Shown here piece after piece: positions 1 to 13,431 of a stretch of DNA of 64,000 nucleotides (position 1 is the first letter of the stretch; every line of letters starts with the position of its first letter). This DNA comes from Haplodiscus bocki (lineage: Eukaryota), in NCBI GenBank assembly GCA_965655095.1, contig OZ296650.1, positions 112,344,001 to 112,408,000 of the forward strand, in the 5' to 3' direction. Under the pieces are notes generated by a model that saw only the letters and a program-made list of their open reading frames with translations, was not told where the DNA came from and searched no databases. A program made the translations under genes and the position numbers.

Positions 1-2890
1 GTTTCAAGGAACGAAAGAATCAGGTTGGACATTTGATAAAATTAACTGAATGAAGTTTTTATTCTATAAAAATGGTGAATTGAATGGATCGAGGTATGTT
101 AAAATACCATTAGGATCTTCTGCCTAATTAAATATTTAAAATGTTGATAAATATTGCTTTACTTGGTCAATATTAGGTAGGCTTCCTCCTTGTGAAAATG
201 ATCATCCTAATAGAGTGTCAATTGATAGACAAAATTTTGATGAGTTAAACAATGAAGGTTTTGGTCATAGAAATGGATTCAGATGTATTAATGTTCTTAA
301 AATTGAGAAATAAACAATCTATCTGAAAACCTATTTGAATTGAATTTTTATCAACATCAAAACAAATGGAAACATAATTTAATTCCTATTGGGATTAGTA
401 AAAATGATTCAGATAGAGTTGTTGATTTATTAATATACAAAAATCATTATGCTCTCTTCAAAAAATTAAATGTGTTTTTAGGATGTGAGCACAAAAAATT
501 TATCTGTAGACAATTTTTGAATTCATATACAAATGGAAAAATGTTAATGATTCATAAACAAAAATGTGAAATTTACGATATAACTACTATAAGAACTGCA
601 AGTGAATGTCATCTTCATGGGAAAGATCATTTTCATAAAAAATCGTTATATTTAAGGATTTTTGCTGATTTTGAAGTTGATAATGAAATTGATAATTCCA
701 GCATAGAAAATAAAACAGCTAATATGTATATATATAAACAAAACCCAGTACTTAATGGTTATAATACCTTATCTGAACTGGAAGATGTTTTGAGAATTGG
801 TTATTAAAAATCACCTTCCGGATATGGTAGTGTCGATTGGTTTGTAGATGAAGTAAAAATTTAGAAAACAGAATGGCTTTTTATTTTAAAAACACCAAGA
901 AATAAAATATTATGACTGAAGAAGATAAGGTAGATTTCGATAATAACAATTTTGTCGATTTTGTGAGAAGGAAATTTTATTTGATAAAGTTAGAGGTCAT
1001 TGTCATTTGACTGGCAGATATAGAGGACCTGCTTATAGCACTTGTAATATCAATGTTACACGGAAACAATGTAATTTTATTCCATTTGTGCTCCACAATT
1101 TTATCATTTATGATTGTCATCTATTTTTAAAAAATTTGGTTGATCAAAAGAATGATAAATTAAAACTTGATATTATTGCTGAAACAGGCGAAGAGTATCT
1201 TTTTGTAACATATGGTTGTACAAGATTTGTTGATAGTTATTGATTCTTATCGAGTAGTTTAAATAAATTATTTCAAACACTTGTTAATAATAGTCATGAA
1301 ACTTTGAAAAATTTGAAAGAAGAAGTTGTTGATACCGACGAAAAATTAAATATTGTTGATGAAAGAGGAGAAAAAGACAAAACTAGTGAAGATTTAAAGA
1401 AAGATTATCCAGATAATATTGAAAGTTTAGAAGAAGCTTCACTGGTTTATATAGGTGAAAAGGATCCTATTACTCTAAAAACAGAATATCCTGATACTAA
1501 TTGGAAACATTTAACTAAAAAAGTATCCTATATTTTTGAACAATTCAATAGCATTGACGATTATCAGAAACCAGTTAGCGCTTTGAAAAAAGAAGATTTC
1601 TAGAGGAAATTAAAAAAAAATATCCTATTCTAGAGATGAAGAAACAAAACGAAGAAAGGAAACTATTAAAAATATTAATATCAAAAATGGAGAAGAAGTA
1701 ACACAACTATATTTAAAGAGTGATGTTGTATTACTTACATGTGTGTTTAAGAAATTGATAATAGTGTAAATTAACAAATTCGGTATTAATCCTCTATTTT
1801 TTGTTAGTTTACCCGGATATACTTGGCAATGTGGATTAAAATTTACAGGATTGAAAATACAAACGCTTTAATATAACGATATGAATTTATTACGTGAAAA
1901 TAATATTAGAGGAGATGTAAACAGTATTAATGCTGATAGGTATGTAAAATCAGATGAAGATAAAAACATATTATGTATAGATGCAACTAGTTGGTATGGT
2001 CACTCAATGTCTCAACCTTCACTAAATGATAAAACAGAAATGTGGCGTAGTCATCCAGATCTTTATACGAATAAAGTAGAAGAGATATTAAATAATTCAC
2101 ATGAAGCAGATTTTGGACTTTTCGTTGAAGTTGATTTAAGATATACTGATAATATAATAAAAAAAACAAAGATTTTTCCATTTTGTCTTGAAAATAAAGT
2201 TTTTACTAAAGATAAGTATAATGAATATATGAAAAAAACTTAGGATTAAAACAAACGCTAAAAATTAATATGTGACTGGTCTGATAAGAAAACTTATCCA
2301 ATTATTTATAGGCTGTTGAAATTTTGTGTTAGATATGGAAGGGTTGTTGATAAAATTCATGAAGTAATTCAATTTCACCAAATTAAATGTTTGGAAAAAT
2401 ATATAAGTTTTAATACTCAAAAGAGAAATAGGGCCAACAATTAAAAACGAAAAAGATTTCTATAAAATACTCAATAATTCTTTCTATGGTAAGACAATGG
2501 AATATGTTAGAAATCGTTTAAGATTAGAGTTTTTCGAAAAAGATGATATTAAAAATTTTATTAAGCCACAATCAAAATTAACTTTCAATCGAACTCATAA
2601 ACCACATGAAAACTGTGGTAGTTTTATATGTAAGAAGAATGAAGTTCTTATGGATAAGCCCGTTTATTTAGGTTTTGCTGTGTAAGACTTATCAAATTTA
2701 TTAATGTATGAAACATATTATGATAAATACAACCATAATTTGGACAAGGAAACGTTCAATTTTTCTATATGGATACAGATAGCGTCGCTCTGGGTATGAA
2801 TACAGAAGATAATATTAAAAACTTAAAAAATCTTGAGAACTTATTTGATTTCAGCAGTTTGAATGAAAATCATGAAACTTTTTGTAGTAA
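1..2890 (+). pseudogene. Decayed protein-primed family B DNA polymerase (Polinton/Maverick/adintovirus type), many stops and frameshifts, truncated by window start
   Basis: Collinear pPolB motifs across + strand fragments: YCFTWSIL, LRIFADFE (ExoI), HCHLTGRYRGPAYSTCN (endonuclease VII-like insert), VLHNFIIYDCHLF (ExoII), RFVDSY, YLKSDVVLL (ExoIII), SLPGYTW, IDATSWYG (motif A), KILNNSFYGKTME (motif B), YMDTDS (motif C, ~2766-2783). Confidence 0.93.
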
Positions 2891-3429
2891 TCTATGTAGA
2901 GAATACTATCTCTAGTTGATGATAAACGATGTTATAAAAACAAAATTGATAGTATTCCTTGGGAATAAATTTACAATTTGATGTAATTTTATATTTTCAC
3001 ATAATTTTTTACTTGAACGTATACCTTAGAATTAAAATTTTCAGGGTAGACTAAGAAGCTTCGATTTTTAATTGAGACTGAAAAGGTAGATGGTATGTCA
3101 TATCACTTAAAATGTGTGAAGACCATTTGTAAAGAATAAAGAACGGTTAACGGTGCTTTAAACATGTGGAGACAGGCAATAAAATATTGGAGTGGAAAAA
3201 AATGATGATGAATTTTTTTTTAGTGGAGGGGAAACAAGTTGATCAATTTTTTTAGTATAGAGGAAAATCGGATGAATTTTTTCATGTTATTCTTCCTGTG
3301 TACTCCCATTGATAAGACTATTCAAAATATTTTTTAAAAAACTAAATTTTCTTTCCTGTGTACCCCCATTGACATAGTTCAATTTCTATCATTTTTTTAT
3401 TTGATTTTTACTGCGTCCGCGGCTTTTGG

Positions 3430-4870
3430 CGTCAAATGCCTTTGTGCACACTACTTACGAGTCCAAAGGATCCTTTGGGAAATTTTTTCTGACTAAAGGT
3501 TTTAAACTGCTAAGTGTTTTCGGAGTTGAATGAAAAAGTTCAGCTGATGTTGTCAAAAATTCTTTGTTTATGAATTTTTTGAGTAGGAGCTTTTGTGAAA
3601 AATGCTTGAAAGATATGAACTTTTTCGTAATTCGGGAAAAACATGTTTCAGGCTTTTGTCGTCAAAACTGCTTTGTACGTGTCCAGAAGAACTATTTGCG
3701 GGGGAAATTTTTAAGAATTTTGGTTTTTTGGGCTTTGAGCAGGGGTTTTCCACTGGAATTGTCAAAACCGCATTTTACGTGTTCAGTGGAACATTTTAGG
3801 GGAACAAAGATTTTGGAGCAAATTCTTAAAATCATTTTTTTTGAAACTTTGACCGACAGCTTTTCAGCTGGTGCTGTTAATACTTCAAGGTGCGTGTCCA
3901 CAAGATGTTTTCGGTCTCTTTTTGCAAATAAGCTTTTTAAGGGTTAATTAATTTTTGAAGTTGAGTGCAAGATCTCGGCTGCTGTTGTCAAGACTTCTTT
4001 CCACATGTCGAGATGAATTTTTTTAGGATGTATGTTTTGGAAAATTTTCAAAAATTATCAACCTTGGCGTACTTGGAGCAAAAATTTGGGGGAACCATTC
4101 GCTGGAAAATTTTAGATGAAATTTGAAAAATTCGATTTTGTTTTGGATTTTTTGGCGAAATTTTGTCACAGGGGTTGTGAAAACTGCTATTTACGTCTCC
4201 AGCGCAACTTTGTGGGAAAGGTTGTTTTGGAAAAAAGTCAGAAAATCATCAAATTCGCCTTCCTTTACCAAAAAGTTGTCAGCCAGTCTTGTCAAAACTG
4301 GCTTCTACGTGTTCATGAATACACTTTGGAGTAAAAATGTAATGGAAGTAAATTCGAGTTTTTATCTTTTTTTGTGACTTTGACTGATAAAGTTCCTGAT
4401 GTTGTTATCGTAACTGAAATGTACGTATCGAGATCTTTTTAAATGAAAGTTTTCGGGAAAAAAAGGACTGATAATTATTTTTAGACGTTGTGTGAAAGAT
4501 TTCAAAAGGTTTTGTCAACTGCATACTACGTGTTCAGTTGATTATTTTGAGGGATGAGTATTTTGGAAGAAACTCCTAAAATTACCATTTTTAGTTAGTT
4601 TGACAGAGAACTTTTCAGCTGGTGTTATCAAAACTGTATTGTCCGTGTCCACAAAATCTTTTTGGTTTTTTTTGCAGAATTTTCTCTGAAGTAGATAATT
4701 CGTTTCGGACGTTGACTGAAAGATTTCAACTGCTGTTGTCAAAACGCATGCTACGTGTTCAGTGGAAATATTTTGGGGGAAGATTGTTTTTGGAAAAAAA
4801 TTCTTGAAAATTTCAATTTTTTGCGAATTTGACTGCGAAATTTTCGGCATTTATTGTCTAACTTAGTTTC
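3430..4870. repeat. Degenerate tandem repeat, ~110-bp unit, ~13 copies; related copies at ~5900-6170
   Basis: Motif tttcagctg-tgttgtcaaaactgc-tacgtgt(c/t)c recurs at ~3553, 3661, 3761, 3876, 3986, 4178, 4291, 4405, 4513, 4626, 4738, 4856 and again at ~5940 and 6076. Confidence 0.8.
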
Positions 4871-6179
4871 AATGTGGTGATGTGTCCCTTTCCATTTACA
4901 TGAGAAAGAAATCAAAAAGGAATTGGTCCTTGATGCGTCGGCGTACTATTAGAAGTTTAAATGCAGCATCCTAAATCATGTCATTTTTTCTCAAGTCAGT
5001 CGTTACTTGCTGAGTCATACAGATTCGTTTCTTTGTGCTTTTAATGTTAGTTTTTTTGTATCTTTCGTAGGTTTTGCCATTTTCTAAAAGAGCCCTAAAA
5101 TTGACTTACAAAATGTTTAAATTGGCGGTAGTCATTGCCATGCTTTTTTGCTTGCAATTTGGAAGACAAAGTACAAACAAAATCTTCTGGAAAACTGAGT
5201 AGGCTTTTCCGCGTACTATTTCCTCGTAAACAATTCCTTGTAAACAAATCCTCGAAAAAACGAGATTTTTGCACATGATTTCACTTAATTGAAATCACTT
5301 TTTTATATCAAAAATATTTTTTAGTCGGAAAGTTCATTCTATTTAAATTTGTCAGACAATTTTTTGCCGAAGAGAGCCAAAAATGTATTGCTGATTATTA
5401 GTCGGTGCTTTAGTATTTTTACTCCTTCAGTGATATAAGTTTACACGCTTTATTAAAAAACCGGCTGGAATATCACAGTACTGATGTTTTCAAGACCGAA
5501 CTCTCACAGTACATTTCGCTCCCTCTGCCAATTTTTACGTCTTCAGCACTCTCATTACTAGGCCTTTAGAACGTACCAATCCTCCATCATAGACGATTGG
5601 TGCGGCTTCCAATCGATTAATTTAAATTTGTCAGTTTATTGAACACCCACTGGCATTTTTCATGGACATTAACCTAAAATAAACAAATATGATGAATGTT
5701 TCATAATTCAACAGGTAAGTTTATTTCAAGTTATATAGACGCTTTCAAAGATATTTGAAGTTACAACAAGAGACACAGCAGCGCTGTAATTTTTTCCGTC
5801 GAATGTGGATCAGAAAATGCTCAAAAATGAATTCGCTGAAGTAAAAACATAGTTATTCTTGGAAGCGAAACATTTTGAGTGCCTATAACAATTCAGACTT
5901 TTAATCCGGCTTTGTGCGCATTCTTATCGGTTGTTGTTGTCAAAAGTGCAGAAACTACATTCTATGCCTCAAAAGAAACATTTTGGGGGATTTTATAAAA
6001 GATCAAAGGTTTAGAAATTCTTCCAGACTTTCAGGAAAAATTTTGGGCATTTCAGCGGAAAAATTTTGGAATGGTTGTCAAAACTGCATTCTATATGTCC
6101 TGAGAGAAATTATGGGAAATTTTTCGGAGAAAATTTCGAGGTTGTAGAATTTTACCGATTTTTCAAGACTTAGGACCAT

Positions 6180-7150
6180 ATTTTTAGACGAAAAAGTGAT
6201 TGTACAGGCAGGGATGCGGGAAAAGGTTTTATTAAAAGCACTCAATGTCGGACACACCGAACAAACAAAGATTCGAAGATGCTCACTAACGCAAAATTTT
6301 TCTGTCAGGATTTTGGGACAATGTAAAGACGAAAACAAAGAAATATTCCACCTGGATCAATTATGATAGTAATTTAAGAACACAAGTACCAAAAATTCCG
6401 ATTTAAAAATTAAAGGTTGGAGGAGAACCAGGTGACGAATTACTATTAGACTCTGAGGAAAATTTTTAGTGATAAGGTGGCGCGAAACCCACAATTTTTA
6501 CCGGCTGTCGATCTTTCCAGTACATAGTCGTTTGCAAAAACTTGCAATAGTACCCAAACAAGAACGGTCACCAGTTTTTATCAAAACATTTGAGGATAAA
6601 CGATCTCCCTAAAACAATTCGAACTGATAACGATAGTGCTTTCATAAACGAGGAATGCTGGAAGTTCTCCCAAAAGTTTGAGATAAAGCTCATACCTGGA
6701 TTTACGTATACAAGTAACTCAGCCGGATGGGCAAAAAGATCAGTTCAAACATCGGTAAGACTACTATTGGCTAATATAGAAGGCGGTTTACACCTAGAAA
6801 AAAGTGTCAACCACGCAAAATTGGTGATGAGGGTCACCCCACGAACATCAACAAATTGAAACCGTTCGAGTTGAAAACCGCGTGCGGTAATCACGAACAC
6901 CTTAAAGACGGTGCCAACTTTACTGTCGTTTCGGAAAAAATTTTTATTTCAGAGAGACCAACAAAATTCCCCGTATACATGATGCGGGATGGTAATGGAA
7001 ATAGTTACGGCCAAAACGAAGAAAAATCGCAACACCAATCCGAACCGAGAACAATTCTCAAGAGTAATGAGCAAGTTATTGTAGAACTTTGGTGAGCTTT
7101 CGAACGAAGGTTCTATGCTCCAACTCAATTAAACCGTTGTACTGTTGCTC
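6180..7150 (+). pseudogene. Decayed Ty3/Gypsy integrase fragment
   Basis: LKALNVGHT (remnant of the HHCC zinc-binding region) followed by rve core-like text in ORF 6590-6859 (PKTIRTDNDSAF...TYTSNSAGWAKRSVQT...MRVTPRT); stops and frameshifts. Confidence 0.75.
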
Positions 7151-10049
7151 ACGAGACGGGGAACACGGCTGAGATCCACAAAATTTTATAACCTCAATGT
7201 ACAGAAGTTAGTTACGTGAAGGCGGTGGGGTTCTTTCGCAAAGTATATGCCTAACCCTTCAAACTCTAAACTGTTACCAAACAAAGTGTCTCGTTGCTGT
7301 TTTTCTGGGGTTCTCTTAGGATTGAGGAGGAAAAAAAACGATAGTTCGCAACAAGGAAAATTTCAATCGAAAGAAATCAGGAAACTTCTTTGCAAGAATT
7401 TTTGTTTTTCATGGGAATAAATATGTTCAAATGCTTTATGGTATTACGTCCCAAATAATAAAACGCACAGTTAAACAGAGCAAACAATACGGAGCTTTTA
7501 AAAAGGTGAATGGGATGCAAGATGATATAAGCCTCAGTGGAGATACACAACAATAGAACAATCGGAATTCAGTTAGAATATTTAGATGGAATCTCAAAGA
7601 GGTTGAATTTGATACACACTCAGTTGGAATAACTAGTAAAAGTTTTGAGATGCTACCGCGGTTTGCGGTACTCTCACACGCCGTTCTCTTTACATTTCTC
7701 GACTTAGAACCCGTGATCAGTATTGGATCGCACACCAACACTGTTGCCGAAGAACAGAATAAATGTCAGGTTTTCTTACTATTTTTAATCCAAATCCGAT
7801 AGAACACGGACTTGACAGCTCTGATCAAACATAAAGCTAGTATTTGTGGTCCCCAACTACAAACAAATAGTTTGCAATCTCTGAAACGCTTGACAATCCC
7901 GGATTAAACTGTCCCAGAGTTCAACTCACTCTTGTTTTGCGCTTCTCTATCACCTGTATTTCGGTTTGGGCACTACTGGTTCCCTTTTCGGCGTTAAGGG
8001 TGTCCCTGTGTTTGTCATTTCTTAAAGTCATTAATTTCACTCGTGTTCGTCAGATATTACTTATGGAAATTTCTGTTTTAGCCATGGCTGACTTTCGGTA
8101 TTAGTCAACTATTTTCAGCCTGTTTTGGTATCAGTTATGTGTTCAATTTAAGATGATGACTAGGTAGTTGGTGGTCGTGTCCACTAAAAGTCTGATCTGT
8201 AATAGAGTCAAGTGACTGTTTCTTCATTATTTCGTTTGTATTTGTTTTCGTCACTATTCTCTTGACAAGCTCTTTTGGCTGACATGTCAGCTTTCTTATC
8301 CGTTCCGCGTGATCAAGAACTTCCAGAACTGGCGATGAAAATATCTTTTTTAACCATTCCGATCACAATATTCATGCATAAATAAACGTCGAAAAAAAAG
8401 AGTAACTTTTGTCAAAAATTCAAAAATTAACTGTGTCTATCGTAAACGCCGGGGGTATAAAATGAGCACAATATAACACGCGGATTTTAATGTAGTTTTA
8501 GACAAAACATGTTTTTTTATTGTTTTTTCCAAGTTTCATGGTCGAAAAACGCAGATAGTCAGAATTCCCTGTCCGAAAAATTGATTTTTGGTCGCTTTGA
8601 GGTCTTTTTTCTCAAGGTATCAAATTTTTTCCTGAGCGGGGGTGGTTATTTTGCTTTGGCCAAACTAAAGGGAAATATTTTAACGAAAAGATGAGCTCTC
8701 TAACTGGTCTCAACAAAAAGTTTTTTATTTTCTCGCAAAAGTACCAGTTCTGGCCAATTTTGGCTACTGAGGTCCACATTCAAAGTCGGTTTTCTCAACG
8801 TACAGGCGGAACTTCCAAAAGTTCTTGAAAATTTTCCGAGTGGAGCTTGTCAGCAAGCTTTTTTTAAATTTTGAGCTTTTTGTCTTCTAAAAAGTGCGGG
8901 AGGAAGCCATTTTGCAAATCGACATTTTCCAAAATCCGTGATTTTAGCTAGTTGTAATTTTGTGCGGCGGTCATTTGCAACTTGCCATGCTTGCTGTGTT
9001 GTTTTTTCTTCATTCTTCCCAATAACAAGCTTTTGATTTATATTAATGCAGTTGGTTTCTATTGGTAAATTATTGACTAATAAGCGAAAAACTGCCATTA
9101 TTGACGACTTCAGCCTTTTTTGAGCTATTTTTGGCTTTTTTTCCCGCAGTTCTCCAAAATGAGTGGATAAACTCAATTCACTTTTTATGGAATTTAGTCA
9201 ATCCAAATATTCTTTGTTTAAGACTCTTCCGAGCATTTTTTGTCATGCGGTTCAATCAGAATAAATTTTTAACTGAACTCAATTCACCAATTTTTCAAGT
9301 GCACTTTTGGTTTGCAACAATTTTTTTAGTATCTTGATTTCTTGCGATTTTGTTCTTTTACCAAACTTACGTTTTCCCACGGATGTAGTTTATAATGGTG
9401 AAATTTGTTTTTCGATACCTTTCTTCATCTTTGAGAAATAGGGATGCAAACATTGGGGACCATTTAAAAAAGCTCCAATTCTGAGACGCGAGATAGTAAA
9501 TATGCTAATACGTGGTGTGTTCGCGGCGGTGCGCGTGGTCAGAAATCTCTCCAAAATCACTTCTATTGTATTCTTTTTGTATTTATTTGTCTTCATTCCG
9601 CTTTGACTTTCACACGCTTCTAAAGTTGCAACTGAATTGAAAATTCACATTTTTATCGTTTACCGGACCGTAATATTCATTGTTTTAATTTTTCGACAAC
9701 TTCTAAGATTTAAAATGCAATGAAAATCACTTAAATTGATCCTCTTGAACAGTAGTTTTTAATGGTGAAAACCGTTTCACTCTATTTGTGATGGCTTTTG
9801 AGAAAATTGACGTTAAAATGCGGGTTTGAAAAAGGCCAATTTTTAAGTTTTTTGCTGCTGTTGCATTGATATGTTAATACGCGTGAGAAAGTCAATCGAA
9901 AAAAACTAATACTTGCTCCGTTGTTTGTTTTTTTTCCAATAAAGTGTTTATTCAGTTTTTTTTCACTTTTGATGTATCACTCTCACTGCTAAATTTCAGA
10001 CAGTCCACGTGCACTAACACAGCAAAAACATATTGCAAAATTGGCAAAC

Positions 10050-11040
10050 ATGATTAATTTCGTACCTGAACATAAACTTTCTTTTTGTTCTACTTTCGAT
10101 ACACGTAGTTCAGATGTTTTGGAGCTCATGGAAAGCATTTTTGGTCCTGTCTTTATTAATCTTGTCAATATTGAACCTTCCATTATTAATGAAAACTGGC
10201 CCCGTTTTAATATTTATTCCGATGTTATCTTTACTGTAAACTATCCCCTCATCCAATGTATCTTGTGTAATGTTAATGTAGAGCCTACGGGTGTATCAAA
10301 CTGTTTCGTGACTATCCTAATTTAACTTGGGAGCTTGTAAATAATATCCCTTCACGTCCCCTAACAAATATTACCAAAGGTCCCAAGTATGCCGTTACAC
10401 GTAACTTTGCAATTTCTATCCAAGCCGATATGAACTTCCGCAATTGTTTATCCCCTGTTGCTTCAATAATCAAGTAGTTACCTGTTTTATGGGATTATCA
10501 ATAAAAGGACCGTGGTTCACTTTCACTCATACGGAAATCGGCGGCGGCGCTTCTTTCGCTTTATTAAACAAAGGAAGAAAAATTTGGTGTGTTTCCATTT
10601 CATCCACCGGTACTCGCCTATCTGAACGTTGTTGTTACTCTCCTGAAGGTTTTATAGAATTAGTGCAGCGCAATCTCCGTGAACGTGAGGCGCGTTATTT
10701 ACAGTTTGCTCTTCAACGGCCCGGCGATTTGACTTATATACCACATCTTCACGCTCTCGCCGTTTTAATTTTGGATACTGGTTCAACACTGATTTTATTT
10801 GGATGGGTAGCCGCTAGTTTTACAAATCAACAGATTAAAAGGAAAACTTTGGATGAGTATATTTTCGGTGTTCGTCGTCGTAAGTGGCGCGAAATTTTCC
10901 GTAAACAAGGTTTTTCAGCATCAGGAGAAAGGGTGTTTTCTCCCGCAGCAGGCCCTCAGGAAAGTAAGTAAAGGTTAAAAAGTCATTGGTAATACTGGGA
11001 AGAACATATTGGGCACTTATTAAAGCGTTGTTTATCGAGG
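10050..11040 (+). pseudogene. Intronless JmjC-domain (2OG-Fe(II) dioxygenase) gene, frameshifted
   Basis: ORF 10444-10971 has JmjC hallmarks: FTHTEIGGG (HxE iron ligands, 10528-10536), GRKIW, LQRPGDLTYIPxxxxLAVL. ORF 10041-10325 and a bridging frame (DYPNLTWELVNNIP...) join it via two frameshifts. Confidence 0.7.
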
Positions 11041-12459
11041 GGCCTGTCACTAACAAAAAAGTAAATCGACGTTCGCCCATTCAAACAAAGGAAATTCGCT
11101 CTGGACATCCTTCTAAATCACCACACAGGTTTTCATAAACATTAAAATTTTTTATCATATCCCCCCTCTGACTATCAACCTAAACAAATATGAAAATTAA
11201 AGTAGCATATAATAAATATTGGATAAAAATCAGACTAAATACAGGTTTTAAATATTTTTGTGTAATAATGTCAAAATACGCTCTCTCTTTTGTTTTAAAC
11301 TTTTTCTGTATTAGGAATCCCACAAGGGATTTCTGTACAGGCAGCACAGCATTAATGCAAAAGGACGGTTAACTATGGAAAAACTGAGAAATATTGTGGT
11401 CCAGTCGTGCCAAAAACCAAACAATCCCGTATTCTTTTGGAATCGCACTTCCCTCGCCAGACGACTCCGTCCAGCAAACTATCAACTACAACCGCAGAAA
11501 GCTTTTGGAAAATCAAACAGTCATCAGGAAAGCTAGGCATTAAGCGCTAAGACTTAACAAAAAAAATAAAAAAGCGCTAGCTGGAAGAGAATGAAATTAT
11601 TTACAACGAGTCGCCAAAAAGAAGGTAGGCGAAGTCTCACTGCGTCGGACATTCAAAGAGTCGAAAATTTTTGGACAGTTTCAAAATTAAAAAAAAACTC
11701 CGCGCTTTGGACATTTTACAAATTTTTGACGCCTTGAAAGTCAAAATTTCTCGGACGCGACGAATGGCTTTGTTTCTGAACATATACAAAATGCAAATTA
11801 ACTTGACGAACTTCAGGATGTTCGAGAAGATCAAAATGCACAAGTAGTTGAAATCAAAAGAGTAAATAGCGAAGACTCCGCCCTAGCTTAGGGAAGCTGG
11901 AGAAAGAAATAAAACGAATAAAAATAAGAAAATTGTGCTTTACTATTAATCAGCTTCGCTCAATCGGTCAAACACAGCTCGGTTGAGAAGTGCGAAGAGA
12001 AAAAATATTATACAGTCATCTGAACTCAGTTATGCGCATAAAGGTGCTATTGGTCCTGGGTCTTCTATAGAAATAATAATTATTAGTCGGTCTCAATTTC
12101 AGCTCTCCGCCTTGTTTGAGTTAGTATTTATATCACTTTAACAGTAATTTAATATTCCATATTACGGATTAGCATTAAATAGTATTAAACAAGAAAAAAG
12201 AAAAAATACACAAAATAACAAACAAAAAAAGCATTCAGTATTTTTTCCACAGTTAGTAAGAAGTCAGTTTTCCGTATTCCTTGATTGAGAAAAGTCACAT
12301 TAGAATATCGTTTCAATGCAATTAGAGAGCGAAATTGCAAAAAAGTGATTTCGAAAACAGATCCTTCGGTACGGACTTGAATCAACTGCTGTGGACACAA
12401 AAATCAAATCTCTAAATCGTTACGGTTGGATTTTTAGCCGAAATATAATTATGAGCCCC

Positions 12460-12940
12460 AACAAGTCGGCTGGCTATCACCGGCTTTTTTCCGCCCTCCA
12501 GTTTTGTTAGAGGTGCCCTTTGAAAGAATGAAAACAGTCTTTTTTCATATAATATTTAATTTTTCCAAAATTCGAAATTTTCTAATTTTTGAGCAGGAAA
12601 TTTTCACAATTACGGTAAAAACGATTTTTTCGTGAGAAAAATTATCATTAACGCAGTCTACAGCAATTTTTTCACCTTTATGTATTTTGAAAAAAATTCA
12701 TTTTTTTCCGAAGGAAAATCATCTATTTTTTTTTGAAAAAAAACAATTGTTGCACGCATTTGAGAAGTCTTACTATGTCAGTCGCAGTCTACGTCAAATG
12801 TGCTACCTTTTGGTAATAAAAAGTTCCTAAATTCTGAATCTGGGATTTCTGCCCTGACAATTGGCAGATAAACGTAAAAAAACGCACCTCCTTGATTGGA
12901 TGATTTTCCTTCAATATTCTAAACATGGGCGGAAATAATT
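12460..12940 (-). mobile_element. Non-autonomous Helentron/DINE-1-like interspersed repeat, copy 1
   Basis: Homologous to 36474-36980 and (inverted) 43768-44170; element orientation has 5' TTATTTCCGCC, a sub-terminal inverted counterpart near the 3' end, a GC-rich stem-loop and terminal CTTGTT. Confidence 0.6.
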
Positions 12941-13359
12941 AAATTGAGTTCTTACAATTGCTTACAATTGCCTATAGCACGATTCTGGCCTTAAACTTCT
13001 TTACCATTAGAATGCTTAAAGATTTCAGTTCCTAAAAAGGTGTTTATTCAAGAAAAATTTACTTTTTGACTTTTTTTTGTAATTTTTGCATGAACATGCA
13101 CTTAGCTTTGTTTCTTTTTCCAACGCAGTTGTAGCAAATTTGCATGACGGAAAATGTCCTGCGGCGGCTAGCCCAGCATCCTATTTTATGCAGACAGGAT
13201 GATCTTGCCTGACCTTTTTGATTAAATCATGTCCTGTCCCGGTAAAGACAAAAGTTGTAAGTGACATCTGTGATGCGAAATCATCCGAAACAGTTGTGAG
13301 ATATAAAATATACATCAAGCACTTCCGGGCAATAAAGGCAGCTCTATAGGTCTATTTCT

Positions 13360-13431
13360 TATTGAATGACGTTTAGCTTTCTTCAGGAGGTGATATATCA
13401 CCTCCTGAAGAATGCTATGAGTTATTCAATA
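13360..13431. repeat. 72-bp inverted repeat with perfect 34-bp palindromic core
   Basis: TTCTTCAGGAGGTGATATATCACCTCCTGAAGAA (13379-13412) equals its own reverse complement; pairing extends imperfectly to 13360/13431. Confidence 0.9.

Noticed and set aside
8350-11372. piggyBac-like TTAA-bounded element enclosing the JmjC gene
   Set aside because: Sequences inside the two TTAA sites match only at CC/GG; no real TIR.
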